Source: an uncultured Acidobacteriota bacterium
Lineage (GTDB): Bacteria; Acidobacteriota; Terriglobia; Acidiferrales; UBA7541
Assembly: GCA_963723845.1 (NCBI GenBank)
Contig: CAVRSO010000105.1
Span: 57,307-121,306, forward strand
Direction: 5' to 3'
Length of the DNA: 64,000 nt
Shown here: positions 29,427 to 38,161 of the stretch, piece after piece
How positions within the stretch are numbered: the stretch's first letter is position 1
How the letters are laid out: every line of letters starts with the position of its first letter
Made by a program: the position numbers and the translations under genes
The notes under the pieces: generated by a model
What the model saw: the letters and a program-made list of their open reading frames with translations, nothing else
What the model was told of the DNA's origin: nothing
The model's database searches: none

Positions 29427-30290
29427 TTGACTAGACGAGGAAGTTTCGTCGGCTGGGTGTATCTGGTTTCGCTGATATGTCTATTTTTGGTGACGTTCTG
29501 GGGAGCGGTTGTCACTCAACGAAATAGCGCCAAGCAAGAGCGACTGCGTATAGCGTCAAACGTGGAGAAACCCTCCTCGGCACCCTCTGACGCGGACCCG
29601 ACTGATTCCGATTTTAATACTCTGGCAGACTCCCGAACTCTCTTTCCCTATTCGGTGATTCCAGGCGGAGTGGATAGCGCGCAAGAATTACGCAACGCGC
29701 TGGAGCACGATCCGATCGCCGCCTCGCACTATGCTGGCTTCGATGTAAGCCAGACCCATGTTGTACGGCTGGCACGCGACGAAGAAATGTACGTTTCCTA
29801 CAGGCTCAACAACCGCATCTATTGGACCCATAAGAGATTAAGACTTTTGAAGGGCGAGACCGTCATTACAGACGGCAAGAACGTGGCGAGGACGCGTTGC
29901 GGAAATCGCCTTTCCGCTACGGCCGAGTCGCCCGTCGCGACGAAGCAACCGCTCGACATGATACTCGATCCCGCGCCGCTACCCGACTTGGCCGATGCCC
30001 GGCCGATTGCGCTGCCGATGGCTTTGCCATTTCCGGCTTTTTCGTCGCTTCTCGCGCCGGGCCCGGAAGGTACGGTCGCACCTCCCATTTTCCCCATCGT
30101 GGGCGGTGGGGGAGCACCATCCCACAACGTGGTAATTCCGCCAACCCCTCCGACCACACCGCCGCCTCCTCCGACGACTCCTCCAGTGGCGACGCCGGAG
30201 CCCGACAGCTTCGTGCTGACTGCCGCAGGGATATCGATTGTGCTAGCGAGCGGTTGGTTTGGATACTTCCGTCGCAGAATTCAGAACTAA
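29427..30290 (+). CDS. PEP-CTERM-anchored secreted protein of unknown function
   Basis: N-terminal TM/signal anchor. Conserved-looking core FPYSVIPGGVDSAQELRNAL..DP..ASHYAGF...RCGNRL. Pro/Thr linker PPTPPTTPPPPPTTPP. C-terminal sorting signal PEP-DSFVLTAAGISIVLASGWFGYF-RRR. TTG start. Preceded by a 340-bp stretch that looks AT-rich by eye. Confidence 0.6.
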   Translation: MTRRGSFVGWVYLVSLICLFLVTFWGAVVTQRNSAKQERLRIASNVEKPSSAPSDADPTDSDFNTLADSRTLFPYSVIPGGVDSAQELRNALEHDPIAASHYAGFDVSQTHVVRLARDEEMYVSYRLNNRIYWTHKRLRLLKGETVITDGKNVARTRCGNRLSATAESPVATKQPLDMILDPAPLPDLADARPIALPMALPFPAFSSLLAPGPEGTVAPPIFPIVGGGGAPSHNVVIPPTPPTTPPPPPTTPPVATPEPDSFVLTAAGISIVLASGWFGYFRRRIQN

Positions 30291-30364
30291 ATTTTCGGTA
30301 GCGACACAGTTTGCTGGTGGCACAGCCTTCTTGGCGGTAGCTTACCGATTGCATCGACTTACGC

Positions 30365-30398
30365 GCCCAGGCAAGAGTGCCTGGGCCACAAAAGGATT
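30365..30398 (+). repeat. Intergenic repeat family 3 (CAGGCAAGAGTGCCTG hairpin plus GCCACRAAAGGATT)
   Basis: GCCCAGGCAAGAGTGCCTGGGCCACAAAAGGATT matches the reverse complement of 58778..58815. It abuts the thrB stop codon. A degenerate inverted partial copy (GTGGCACAGCCTTCTTGGCGG) lies at ~30317..30337. Confidence 0.6.
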
Positions 30399-31351
30399 CA
30401 CTTCCAAGAGACGTACTTCTGCGTGGACAACAGCCCCTCCTGGGCGGCTTCCATATTTCGAATTACCGGCGCAAGATCGTGCCGCTCAAAGCATTGAGCG
30501 ATTGCCTTTCCGATTTCGTCATGCCGGCCTGTGGCGAGGGCCACAACGCTGGGACCGGCTCCGCTTAAGGCGACGCCCAGTAGACCAGGCATGCGGGGCA
30601 GAGCCAAGGCCTCGGCGAGACCTGGAATCAAGGATTGCCGCGCCCCTTGATGAAGGCGATCTTGCATAGCGTCCCAAAGGAGATCATAACGGCGGTCTTC
30701 AAGTGCGGCTACAAAGAGGGCGGACCGCTGCAGATTGTGTACCGCGTCCGCCCGAGACACATTGAGGGGCAGGACTGCACGAGACTTCTTGGTTTCGAGT
30801 TTCATATTCGGCGTGACGACGATTAACCGGATCACCTTGGGCCAGTGCTTGCGAACGGCGGCGACTGTGCCATCGTTGCGGGCGAAGGTGACGACCAAGC
30901 CACCCAGAAGTGCCGCCGCGACGTTATCTGGATGCCCCTCCATCTCGGTGGCATAGCGCAATGCCGTATCTTTCGGCACTTGCCGCCCGACGACCGCGAA
31001 ACCGAGCGCTATGCCGGCCACGGTAGCGGACGCGCTGCTGCCGAGCCCCGCCGCAACTGGTATTTCATTCTGAACGGCAAGCCGGACACGAGGCAGAACG
31101 AAGCCTTCGCGTTCGGCGGTATGGCGCATGGCGCGAAAAATCAGGTTTTCATCGGGGTCGCGGGGAAGGTCTGAGGTGCCGCGCACGCCTCGGCTTCGAG
31201 CCAGCGTACGCGAGCCGGGCTTCGAGAGGACAGTGGCGCGAACGCTCAGGTACATTTCCAGGGCAAGGCCGAGACAATCGAGGCCCGCGCCCATGTTGGC
31301 GGTCGACGCAGGGACGCGCACCTCGAATGAAGGTTGTCTGGCAGAAGTCAT
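30398..31351 (-). CDS. thrB: Homoserine kinase
   Basis: GHMP kinase motif PVAAGLGSSASA. N-terminal VPASTANMGAGLDCLG. Confidence 0.85.
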   Translation of the reverse strand: MTSARQPSFEVRVPASTANMGAGLDCLGLALEMYLSVRATVLSKPGSRTLARSRGVRGTSDLPRDPDENLIFRAMRHTAEREGFVLPRVRLAVQNEIPVAAGLGSSASATVAGIALGFAVVGRQVPKDTALRYATEMEGHPDNVAAALLGGLVVTFARNDGTVAAVRKHWPKVIRLIVVTPNMKLETKKSRAVLPLNVSRADAVHNLQRSALFVAALEDRRYDLLWDAMQDRLHQGARQSLIPGLAEALALPRMPGLLGVALSGAGPSVVALATGRHDEIGKAIAQCFERHDLAPVIRNMEAAQEGLLSTQKYVSWK

Positions 31352-31392
31352 AGGATCATGGCAAAAACGGGCTCAGGCGCGCGAGAAATCCC

Positions 31393-32805
31393 TCACGGCA
31401 GACTACCTTCCTTGCCGGCTTGCGCTAACGCCGCGAGAATCGCGGCTTTTGTGGCGGCTACCGTTTTGGGGGCGTTTTGGAATGAACCCACAATGCGCTG
31501 CGCAGGGCCGCCGGGCGAGTCCAGAACCAGCGTTCCGCTGTGATAGCGGCTCACGTAGCTGGGGTCCTTGAGCATGTTTCCAGTGAGCACCGCAACGACT
31601 GAATCATCGCTACGAATGTGCTTCGCGGCTACGAGTTTCTTGATTCCCGCGACGGTTGTGGCCGACCCGGGCTCGCAACCGATTCCATCGCGGCCGATCA
31701 TCGCTTTGGCGTCGGCGATTTCCCGTTCGCTCGCGGCGATCACCTTCCCGCCCGAGCGCAAGACTGCGAGAAGGGCTTTCTTCCATGAAACAGGAGCGCC
31801 GATTTTGATCGCGGTAGCCAGCGTGCGTGGGTTCTCGACTGTGTCCATGGTGTCAGGCAGAGGCGCTGCACCGGCTAATTGCTTGGCGTTCAGTTCGGCA
31901 AACAAGTGCGCAACGGGCGCCGCACCCTCCGCCTGGATCGCGCTCAGTTTCGGGAGGCGACGAATCAGCCCGAGATCCAGCAACTCTTGAAAACCCTTGC
32001 CGATTGCGGTGCTGTTTCCCATGTTGCCGCCGGGAACGACCACATGATCAGGAACCTGCCAAGCGCACTGCTCCATCATCTCGAAGGCGACAGTTTTTTG
32101 CCCTTCGATGCGAAACGGGTTTATCGAATTCGCAACGTAGATGGATGGATCGTCGCCCAATTCCTGAATCAGGCGCATGCAATCGTCGAAATTTCCGTCA
32201 ATTTCGCACACCTGAGCGCCGTAATCGAGACTCTGGGCAAGCTTTTCCGCGGAAATCTGCCCACGCGGGAGCAAGACGGCGGCTCGCAATCCAGCCCGGG
32301 CAGCATAGGCGGCAAGGCTGGCGGAAGTATTTCCGGTGCTGGCGCAGACCACTGTTTGAGCGCCCAGCACGAGCGCCTGGGTGACGGCAGTGGTCATGCC
32401 GGTATCCTTGAACGAGCCGGTAGGATTGCATCCCTGATGCTTGAGGCGCAGGTCGTCCAGTCCACAGTAACGCGCGGAACGGGGCCCGTGATACAGCGGC
32501 GTATTGCCCTCAAAGAGAGTGACGAAAGGAACGGGGTCGTCAAAGGGAAGAAGCTCGCGATAGCGCCACACACCGCTGGCGTCGCGCGGATCGCGGGAAG
32601 CCGCGCGGGCCGACCATCGCTTGCGCAATGCGGTGGCATCGTCAATTTCGGCCAGGCTGCAACGAATCTCGAGAGTTCCGCCGCAGCGGGAGCAGAGGTA
32701 AATGCGCTCGTTCAGTTCGTATGTTGCGCCGCACGCCGGGTCGATGCAGCGCTGCAGGGCTTTTTCCGCGATGATTTTCTGCGCGCGGGCGGTCTTTTCA
32801 GTCAT
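31393..32805 (-). CDS. thrC: Threonine synthase (with N-terminal Cys4 zinc-ribbon)
   Basis: PLP-lysine context NPTGSFKDTG. N-terminal CIDPACG...CSRCGG. Confidence 0.9.
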   Translation of the reverse strand: MTEKTARAQKIIAEKALQRCIDPACGATYELNERIYLCSRCGGTLEIRCSLAEIDDATALRKRWSARAASRDPRDASGVWRYRELLPFDDPVPFVTLFEGNTPLYHGPRSARYCGLDDLRLKHQGCNPTGSFKDTGMTTAVTQALVLGAQTVVCASTGNTSASLAAYAARAGLRAAVLLPRGQISAEKLAQSLDYGAQVCEIDGNFDDCMRLIQELGDDPSIYVANSINPFRIEGQKTVAFEMMEQCAWQVPDHVVVPGGNMGNSTAIGKGFQELLDLGLIRRLPKLSAIQAEGAAPVAHLFAELNAKQLAGAAPLPDTMDTVENPRTLATAIKIGAPVSWKKALLAVLRSGGKVIAASEREIADAKAMIGRDGIGCEPGSATTVAGIKKLVAAKHIRSDDSVVAVLTGNMLKDPSYVSRYHSGTLVLDSPGGPAQRIVGSFQNAPKTVAATKAAILAALAQAGKEGSLP

Positions 32806-32806
32806 T

Positions 32807-34252
32807 TCAGGAAACCTTCACTTCCGATTCGAAAGGAACCGACGCGCTAAGGTTGAACTCCCGGTGCGTAGCCTGGAGCGCCACCTTCATATCTTTCTCG
32901 AAGACGACGAAAGATATGTTGCTCTCTGATGATCCCTGGGCGATGGCGATGATGTTGACGTTCTCGCGTCCCACGGCGTTGAATGTGCGCCCGGCGACGC
33001 CGGGAGTGCCGCGCATGTTTTCACCCACCACCGCTACGATTGCGATGCTCGGATCCATGGTGATGTGCTCGACCTTTTCGTGAGCAACGTCCTGGGCGAA
33101 TTCCTTGCGGAGAGCCTCGACGGTCCGTTTGGCATCGGAGGCGGCGACAATCAAGCAGATATCGTTTTGCGACGATGACTGCGAAATCAGCAGGATGCTG
33201 GCATGCACTTCGGCAGTGGTGGAGAATGTGCGGCCCACTACGTCCGGCGCACCGACGATTCCCGGACCGCCGACGGTAATCAGCGCCACGTCGCGAATGG
33301 CCGTGAGCGCTTTCACGCCGCCGCCATTGCTGCGGCCCCTTGGAGTGATTTTCGTGCCAGGCTGCTCGGGCGCGAAGGTGTTTCGAATCCAAACGGGAAT
33401 GCCAGCTTGCGCCACGGCGCGCAAGGTCTTCGGATGAAGCACCTTCGCGCCAAAGTAGGCGAGCTCAGACGCTTCCAGATAAGAAATTTCGGGGATCGTG
33501 CGCGCCTCCGGCACGAGGCGCGGGTCGGCGGTGAGCACGCCGTTGACGTCGGTCCAGATGATTACCTCGTCGGCGCTGAGAGCTGCTCCCAGAATTGTGG
33601 CGGAGTAATCCGATCCACCACGGCCGAGCGTGGTGAGAACGCCGCTATCGGTGGCGCCAATGAAACCTGTCACCACCGGAACAATTCCGTTTTCGAGCAG
33701 CGGCCGCAGCCGTGCATTCGATCGCGCGTGCGTCCGGTCCATCAGCGGATCGGCGCCGCCATGATAGGAATCGGTGACGATTAGCTCCGTGGATTCGACA
33801 GCCTCGCTGGGCACACCATGCTCCGATAGGGCCGCGGCGACCATCGGAGCCGAAAGGCGCTCGCCCAAACTCGACACGGAGTCGAGCGTCCTAGGAGTAA
33901 GTTCGCGAAGCAAGGAAGTACCTTTGCAAAGCTCCTCTCCCTCGCCGAATAGCTTTTCGAGACAACTTGCCAGTTGAAGGCGCTTTTGCTTATCGCGAAC
34001 GAGCGTTTCCAGAGCTGCCGCGTGCTGCTTCCGCAGTTCTGCAAAAATCGCGTGGGAATGCTGGCGATCTCCAGCTTCGGAGCGGTTCGCCGCCTGGATC
34101 AGCCGGTTGGTGACGCCGCTCATGGCCGAAACCACGGCCACAACCGGGCATTCGCGCGCCGCGTGCTTCACAATTTCGGCCACGCGGTTGATACACGACG
34201 CGTCGCCCACGGACGTGCCGCCAAATTTCATCACTCGCAATTGTGTTTTCAT
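32807..34252 (-). CDS. ask: Aspartate kinase
   Basis: MKFGGTSVGD and GRGGSDYSA, with C-terminal ACT-like repeats. The stop lies 1 nt before the thrC ATG. Confidence 0.85.
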   Translation of the reverse strand: MKTQLRVMKFGGTSVGDASCINRVAEIVKHAARECPVVAVVSAMSGVTNRLIQAANRSEAGDRQHSHAIFAELRKQHAAALETLVRDKQKRLQLASCLEKLFGEGEELCKGTSLLRELTPRTLDSVSSLGERLSAPMVAAALSEHGVPSEAVESTELIVTDSYHGGADPLMDRTHARSNARLRPLLENGIVPVVTGFIGATDSGVLTTLGRGGSDYSATILGAALSADEVIIWTDVNGVLTADPRLVPEARTIPEISYLEASELAYFGAKVLHPKTLRAVAQAGIPVWIRNTFAPEQPGTKITPRGRSNGGGVKALTAIRDVALITVGGPGIVGAPDVVGRTFSTTAEVHASILLISQSSSQNDICLIVAASDAKRTVEALRKEFAQDVAHEKVEHITMDPSIAIVAVVGENMRGTPGVAGRTFNAVGRENVNIIAIAQGSSESNISFVVFEKDMKVALQATHREFNLSASVPFESEVKVS

Positions 34253-34328
34253 GTCCTAGGAAGCGCGGCGTACAGTAACTGGAAGCAACCTGAAGCGAAA
34301 ATGGCCGCTACCTGCGATGCCGCGCCAC

Positions 34329-34410
34329 AAAAAAACTATACACCAGCAGGGGAACTTGCGCGACGGCCGCTGCGGTGGTGTGTCCCCGCTACCATATGGT
34401 ACGCGCTGGT
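34329..34410 (-). terminator. Structured element ending in a U7 tract between hisA and ask (his-operon terminator and/or ask leader)
   Basis: On the minus strand, ACCAGC...GGGGA pairs with TCCCC(T)GCTGGT and is followed by GTATAG TTTTTTT (A-run on the plus strand at 34329-34335). An internal palindrome TACCATATGGTA is present. Confidence 0.4.
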
Positions 34411-34439
34411 AAACCCTTTTAGCGAAGGCGCGAACGTTT

Positions 34440-35145
34440 TTAGCGCTGCTGAAGGCCCGTTTTGTCTCCTGCGAGCTTGCCCGTGTAAATTGCCATGCCA
34501 ACGGCGGCGTTCATGCCGGCTTTTTCCAGTGCGTTCACTTCGCGCATGCTGCGAATTCCTCCTGCCGCGGTAATGGGCAGCGATGTTGCGGCGCGAAGTT
34601 TGCGGAACCAGCGGAGGTCCGTGCCCTTCATTGTTCCTTCGTTATCGACAAACGTTGACAAGAAACTCGGAGCAGAAAGGCTCCAGCTCGGGAATCACAT
34701 CGCTCGGTTTGAGTCTCAGACGCTCTCGCCAGCCACGTATGACGATTCGCCCTTTTTCGGTATCGAGAGCGATCATCACGCGTTTGCGCCCGACGCCCGA
34801 GGCCATCGCTTTCAAGAAGTCGCGGTCAACGCTTCCATTTCTGAAAGCCGCGCTGCCGATGATCACTTTTTCCGCGCCCCACGAGAGTAATTTCTGCGCG
34901 CGCGCTACCGTGCGGATGCCGCCGCCGACGCGTACCTTCACTTTTGCACGGCGACAAAGCAGCTTGATCCACTGACCGTTGGAACCTTTTCGCATCGCGG
35001 CATCGAGATCGATAACGTGCAAGATGGGATAGCCGCGGAATTTTGCGAGCAAGCCGAGAACATCGTCCACGGCCAACGCCCGCCGCCGGCCTCTAACCAA
35101 CTGCACGGCCTTGCCGCCTTGAAGATCGATACAGGGAATAATCAT
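34440..35145 (-). pseudogene. hisA: hisA (ProFAR isomerase) interrupted by a single-base frameshift near 34650-34665; real or assembly error
   Basis: N-terminal part MIIPCIDLQGGKAVQLVRG...VGGGIRT...IIGSAAF ends at ..CSEFLVNVCR* (ORF 34642..35196). The C-terminal part continues in the +1 frame as (F)LSTFVDNEGTMKGTDL...AAGGIRS...GMAIYTG (ORF 34440..34661). Removing one A from GTCAACG restores EFLVTFVDNEGT. Confidence 0.7.
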
Positions 35146-35158
35146 CGAATAGTGGACT

Positions 35159-35923
35159 TCACCGGCTGAGACGGACCGGCACTCCGTGCGCGCCAAGATA
35201 TTGCTTTAGCGCGCCGATAGAGTGGGTCTCGCTGTGAAAAATCGAAGCCGCGAGGGCCGCATCAGCGTTGCCTTGGCTAAAAACTGCAAGAAAATCGTCG
35301 AATGTATTCGCTCCGCCCGAAGCAATTACCGGCACGGAAACGCTTGCGGCAATTTTAGCGGTAAGTTCGCAATCGAACCCGATGCAGGTGCCGTCGCGGT
35401 CGATTGAGGTGAGCAAAATTTCACCCGCGCCGCGCGACACCGCTTCCGCAGCCCAGGCTGCCGCGTCCATCCCGGTTGCACTGCGCCCACCGCGCGTGTA
35501 GGGCTCCCATGAATCACCTTTGCGTTTGACGTCCATCGAAAGGACCACCGCCTGCGCACCAAATTGTTGCGCCAACTCCGAAAGCAATTCCGGGCGCTCC
35601 ACTGCGGCAGTGTTCACCGTCACTTTATCCGCACCGGCACGCAATACGGCGCGGCCATCCTCCATCTTGCGGATGCCGCCTCCGGCAGTGAGCGGGATAT
35701 TCAACTGCTCGGCGACGCGGCGGATTGTTTCGAGAAACGTCGCGCGACCCTCGACCGACGCGCTGATGTCGAGGACTACCAGTTCGTCCGCGCCTTCCCA
35801 GTTGTAGCGCGCACCGAGCTCGGCCGGATCGCCCATGTCGCGCAAGCCCTCAAACTCAATCCCCTTTACGACGCGGCCCGCATCCACGTCGAGACAGGGA
35901 ATGATTCTGCGAGCCAGCGTCAT
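35159..35923 (-). CDS. hisF: Imidazole glycerol phosphate synthase cyclase subunit
   Basis: MTLARRIIPCLDVDAGRVVKG...GAGEILLTSIDRDGT. The ATG at 35923 overlaps the hisH TGA (ATGA). The long upstream extension in the ORF track (to 36262) overlaps hisH and is rejected. Confidence 0.9.
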   Translation of the reverse strand: MTLARRIIPCLDVDAGRVVKGIEFEGLRDMGDPAELGARYNWEGADELVVLDISASVEGRATFLETIRRVAEQLNIPLTAGGGIRKMEDGRAVLRAGADKVTVNTAAVERPELLSELAQQFGAQAVVLSMDVKRKGDSWEPYTRGGRSATGMDAAAWAAEAVSRGAGEILLTSIDRDGTCIGFDCELTAKIAASVSVPVIASGGANTFDDFLAVFSQGNADAALAASIFHSETHSIGALKQYLGAHGVPVRLSR

Positions 35924-36525
35924 TGCACTGACTCCAGAAAATTGCCCAGCACGCGAGCACCGGCCTCGCCGGATTTCTCCGGATGAAACTGGACGGCGCC
36001 CAACCTTTGTTTCTCGATGACCGCCGCGAACGCGAAGCCGTGATCGCACGCCGCAACCGTCGATTGAGACGAAGCCGGCGCCGCATAAGAATGCGCAAAA
36101 TAAAAGTAGGAGTCCTCCGGAATCCCTCGAAGCAACGCGCTCGCCTGCGTTCGACGCAACTGATTCCAGCCGATGTGCGGCGACTTCACGCTTGTCGGCA
36201 AGGCGCGGACTTCCTCCGGGAAAAAGCCGAGGCCTGGCGCGCCCGGCGCCTCCTCGCTGCACGCAAACATGGATTGAAGTCCGAGACAGATTCCGAGTAT
36301 CGGCACGCCGCGATCGTACGCTTCACGTAACGAAGAAGTCAGATTGCGTTCGCGCAGGCCGTTTACAAAGGCCGAGAAATGCCCGACACCCGGCAGCACA
36401 ATTGCCTTTGCTGCAGCGATCTGCCCGGGTTCGGTGGCGCGCTCGGTTTCGGCCCCCAGGCCTCGCAGCGCGCGCTCGACCGATGGAAGATTTCCCGCTC
36501 CGTAATCGACAATCGCAATTCTCAT
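35920..36525 (-). CDS. hisH: Imidazole glycerol phosphate synthase glutamine amidotransferase subunit
   Basis: MRIAIVDYGAGNLPSV, catalytic Cys in GICLGLQ, and FAHSY...QFHPEKS. Confidence 0.9.
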   Translation of the reverse strand: MRIAIVDYGAGNLPSVERALRGLGAETERATEPGQIAAAKAIVLPGVGHFSAFVNGLRERNLTSSLREAYDRGVPILGICLGLQSMFACSEEAPGAPGLGFFPEEVRALPTSVKSPHIGWNQLRRTQASALLRGIPEDSYFYFAHSYAAPASSQSTVAACDHGFAFAAVIEKQRLGAVQFHPEKSGEAGARVLGNFLESVQ

Positions 36526-37109
36526 AACACGCCTTTGGTCGAGGGCAGCAGGCGCTTCAGCTGCTTATCGCGCGTAACGGCAAAACGCAGCGCCTTCGCA
36601 AACGCCTTAAAAATGGACTCGACCTGATGGTGCGACGATCGGCCGTAAACCAGTTTCAGATGCACATTCGCCGAAGCGGCCTGCGCGAAGGCGCGGAAGA
36701 AATCCTCCATCAGCTCGGTTTGGAAATCGCCCACACGCGGCGCAGAGATTTTGAAACTGCACGTGCAATACGCGCGGCCGGAAAAATCGAGTGCTGCCGC
36801 CGCGAGACAATCGTCCATCGGCATCAGAAAATAGCCCGCGCGCAGAATCCCACGTTTTGAGCCGAGAGCCTTCTTCACGGCCTCCCCGAGCGCGATCCCG
36901 ACGTCTTCAACGGTGTGGTGCTGATCCACGTCGAGGTCTCCACGCGCGGCGAGTTCCATATCCAGCGCGCCGTGCCGCGCAATCTGTTCGAGCATGTGGT
37001 CGAAGAAACGAATGCCCGTGCTGATGCGCGACTTTCCGCGCCCATCGAGATTCAGACGCAGGCGAATGTCCGTTTCCTTTGTCTTTCTGCGCAACCCCAC
37101 TTTTCTCAT
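36522..37109 (-). CDS. hisB: Imidazoleglycerol-phosphate dehydratase (monofunctional)
   Basis: VDQHHTVEDVGIALG and SSHHQVESIFKAFA motifs. At 195 aa there is no phosphatase domain. Confidence 0.9.
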   Translation of the reverse strand: MRKVGLRRKTKETDIRLRLNLDGRGKSRISTGIRFFDHMLEQIARHGALDMELAARGDLDVDQHHTVEDVGIALGEAVKKALGSKRGILRAGYFLMPMDDCLAAAALDFSGRAYCTCSFKISAPRVGDFQTELMEDFFRAFAQAASANVHLKLVYGRSSHHQVESIFKAFAKALRFAVTRDKQLKRLLPSTKGVL

Positions 37110-38161
37110 AGAATCGATTCCAGCTCGCGCAACAAACGCCGCGTCTGATTGAGAGTGCCCAGCGTGATCCGGACGTAGCCCTCGCCGCCAAAATCACTCG
37201 AACGATCGCGCACCAGCGTTCCCTTGCGCATTAAGGCTCCAACAATTTTCTTGGCATGCTGGCCGAAATGCACGAGCACGAAATTACCGCCGCTCGGGAA
37301 GCAGCGCACACCCAGACGAGCCAGGCCCCGTTCGAGCTCTCGCCGGCCGCGGCGAACCTCGCGAACCGTGCGCGCGATGAATCCCCGGTCGCGCATCGCC
37401 GCCTCGCCGGCCGCGAGCGCGGCCGCGTTCACGGGGTACGGCGATTGAGCTTTGCGCATCACCGCGGCCAGGTCGCGATGGACAAAAATGCAGCCCAGCC
37501 GTAATCCGGCCAGCCCCGCGGCCTTCGAGAATGTGCGCGTCACGATCAGGTTTTTGTGGCGTCTAATCCACGGAATCACGGTTACACGCGAAAATTCGAA
37601 ATAAGCCTCGTCGATCACAACCATCGTGCGCGCGGCGGCCTTTAATATTCGCTGCAACTGTTTCAGCGATAGCAGGTTGCCGGTAGGACTATTTGGATTA
37701 GGCAGAAAAAACACTCGCGGCCCGGAGCGCAATGCCCGTACCACATTGTTCCACGGGAAACACATCGCATCGTCGTATCGCGGCGCGACGATCCTCGCTC
37801 CAGCCAATTCGCAATAAAACCGGTACATCGCGTACGTTGGCTCGACGAGTAAAACATCATCTTTCGGCTCAACGAAGGTGTTGACCACAAGGCTTAGCGC
37901 CTCGTCCGTGCCGTTCGTGAGTAGAAGTTCCGCGGTTCGGACACCGAAATAACTCGCAGCCTTTCGCCGGAGCGTTTCTTGCTCGGGATATGCCGAAATC
38001 GATGCCGCGCTGAGTTTCGCCAGCGCGCGTCTCGCCGCCGGCGAGCAGCCGATCGGATTTTCGTTAAAATCCAGCCGCAGCTTGTCGACACGGCCTTCGA
38101 GCGGAGGATGATAGGGCCGCATCCGCTCCACAGCCCGTCGCACCGGAATCGACCGCGTCAC
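37106..38161 (-). CDS. hisC: Histidinol-phosphate aminotransferase
   Basis: LDFNENP, NPNSPTG and the PLP-Lys context RTFSKAAGLAGLRLG. Confidence 0.85.
   Translation of the reverse strand: MTRSIPVRRAVERMRPYHPPLEGRVDKLRLDFNENPIGCSPAARRALAKLSAASISAYPEQETLRRKAASYFGVRTAELLLTNGTDEALSLVVNTFVEPKDDVLLVEPTYAMYRFYCELAGARIVAPRYDDAMCFPWNNVVRALRSGPRVFFLPNPNSPTGNLLSLKQLQRILKAAARTMVVIDEAYFEFSRVTVIPWIRRHKNLIVTRTFSKAAGLAGLRLGCIFVHRDLAAVMRKAQSPYPVNAAALAAGEAAMRDRGFIARTVREVRRGRRELERGLARLGVRCFPSGGNFVLVHFGQHAKKIVGALMRKGTLVRDRSSDFGGEGYVRITLGTLNQTRRLLRELESIL

Noticed and set aside
34336-34395. 19-codon uORF (MVAGTHHRSGRRASSPAGV) as a threonine-operon leader peptide
   Set aside because: It has no run of Thr/Ile codons, and the ORF simply spans the hairpin. 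It is more parsimonious as a by-product of the terminator structure.
35924-36262. N-terminal extension of the hisF ORF (the ORF track starts at 36262)
   Set aside because: The extension overlaps hisH in another frame and has junk-like composition. The canonical HisF N-terminus MTLARRIIPCLDV starts at 35923 with an ATGA overlap onto the hisH stop.
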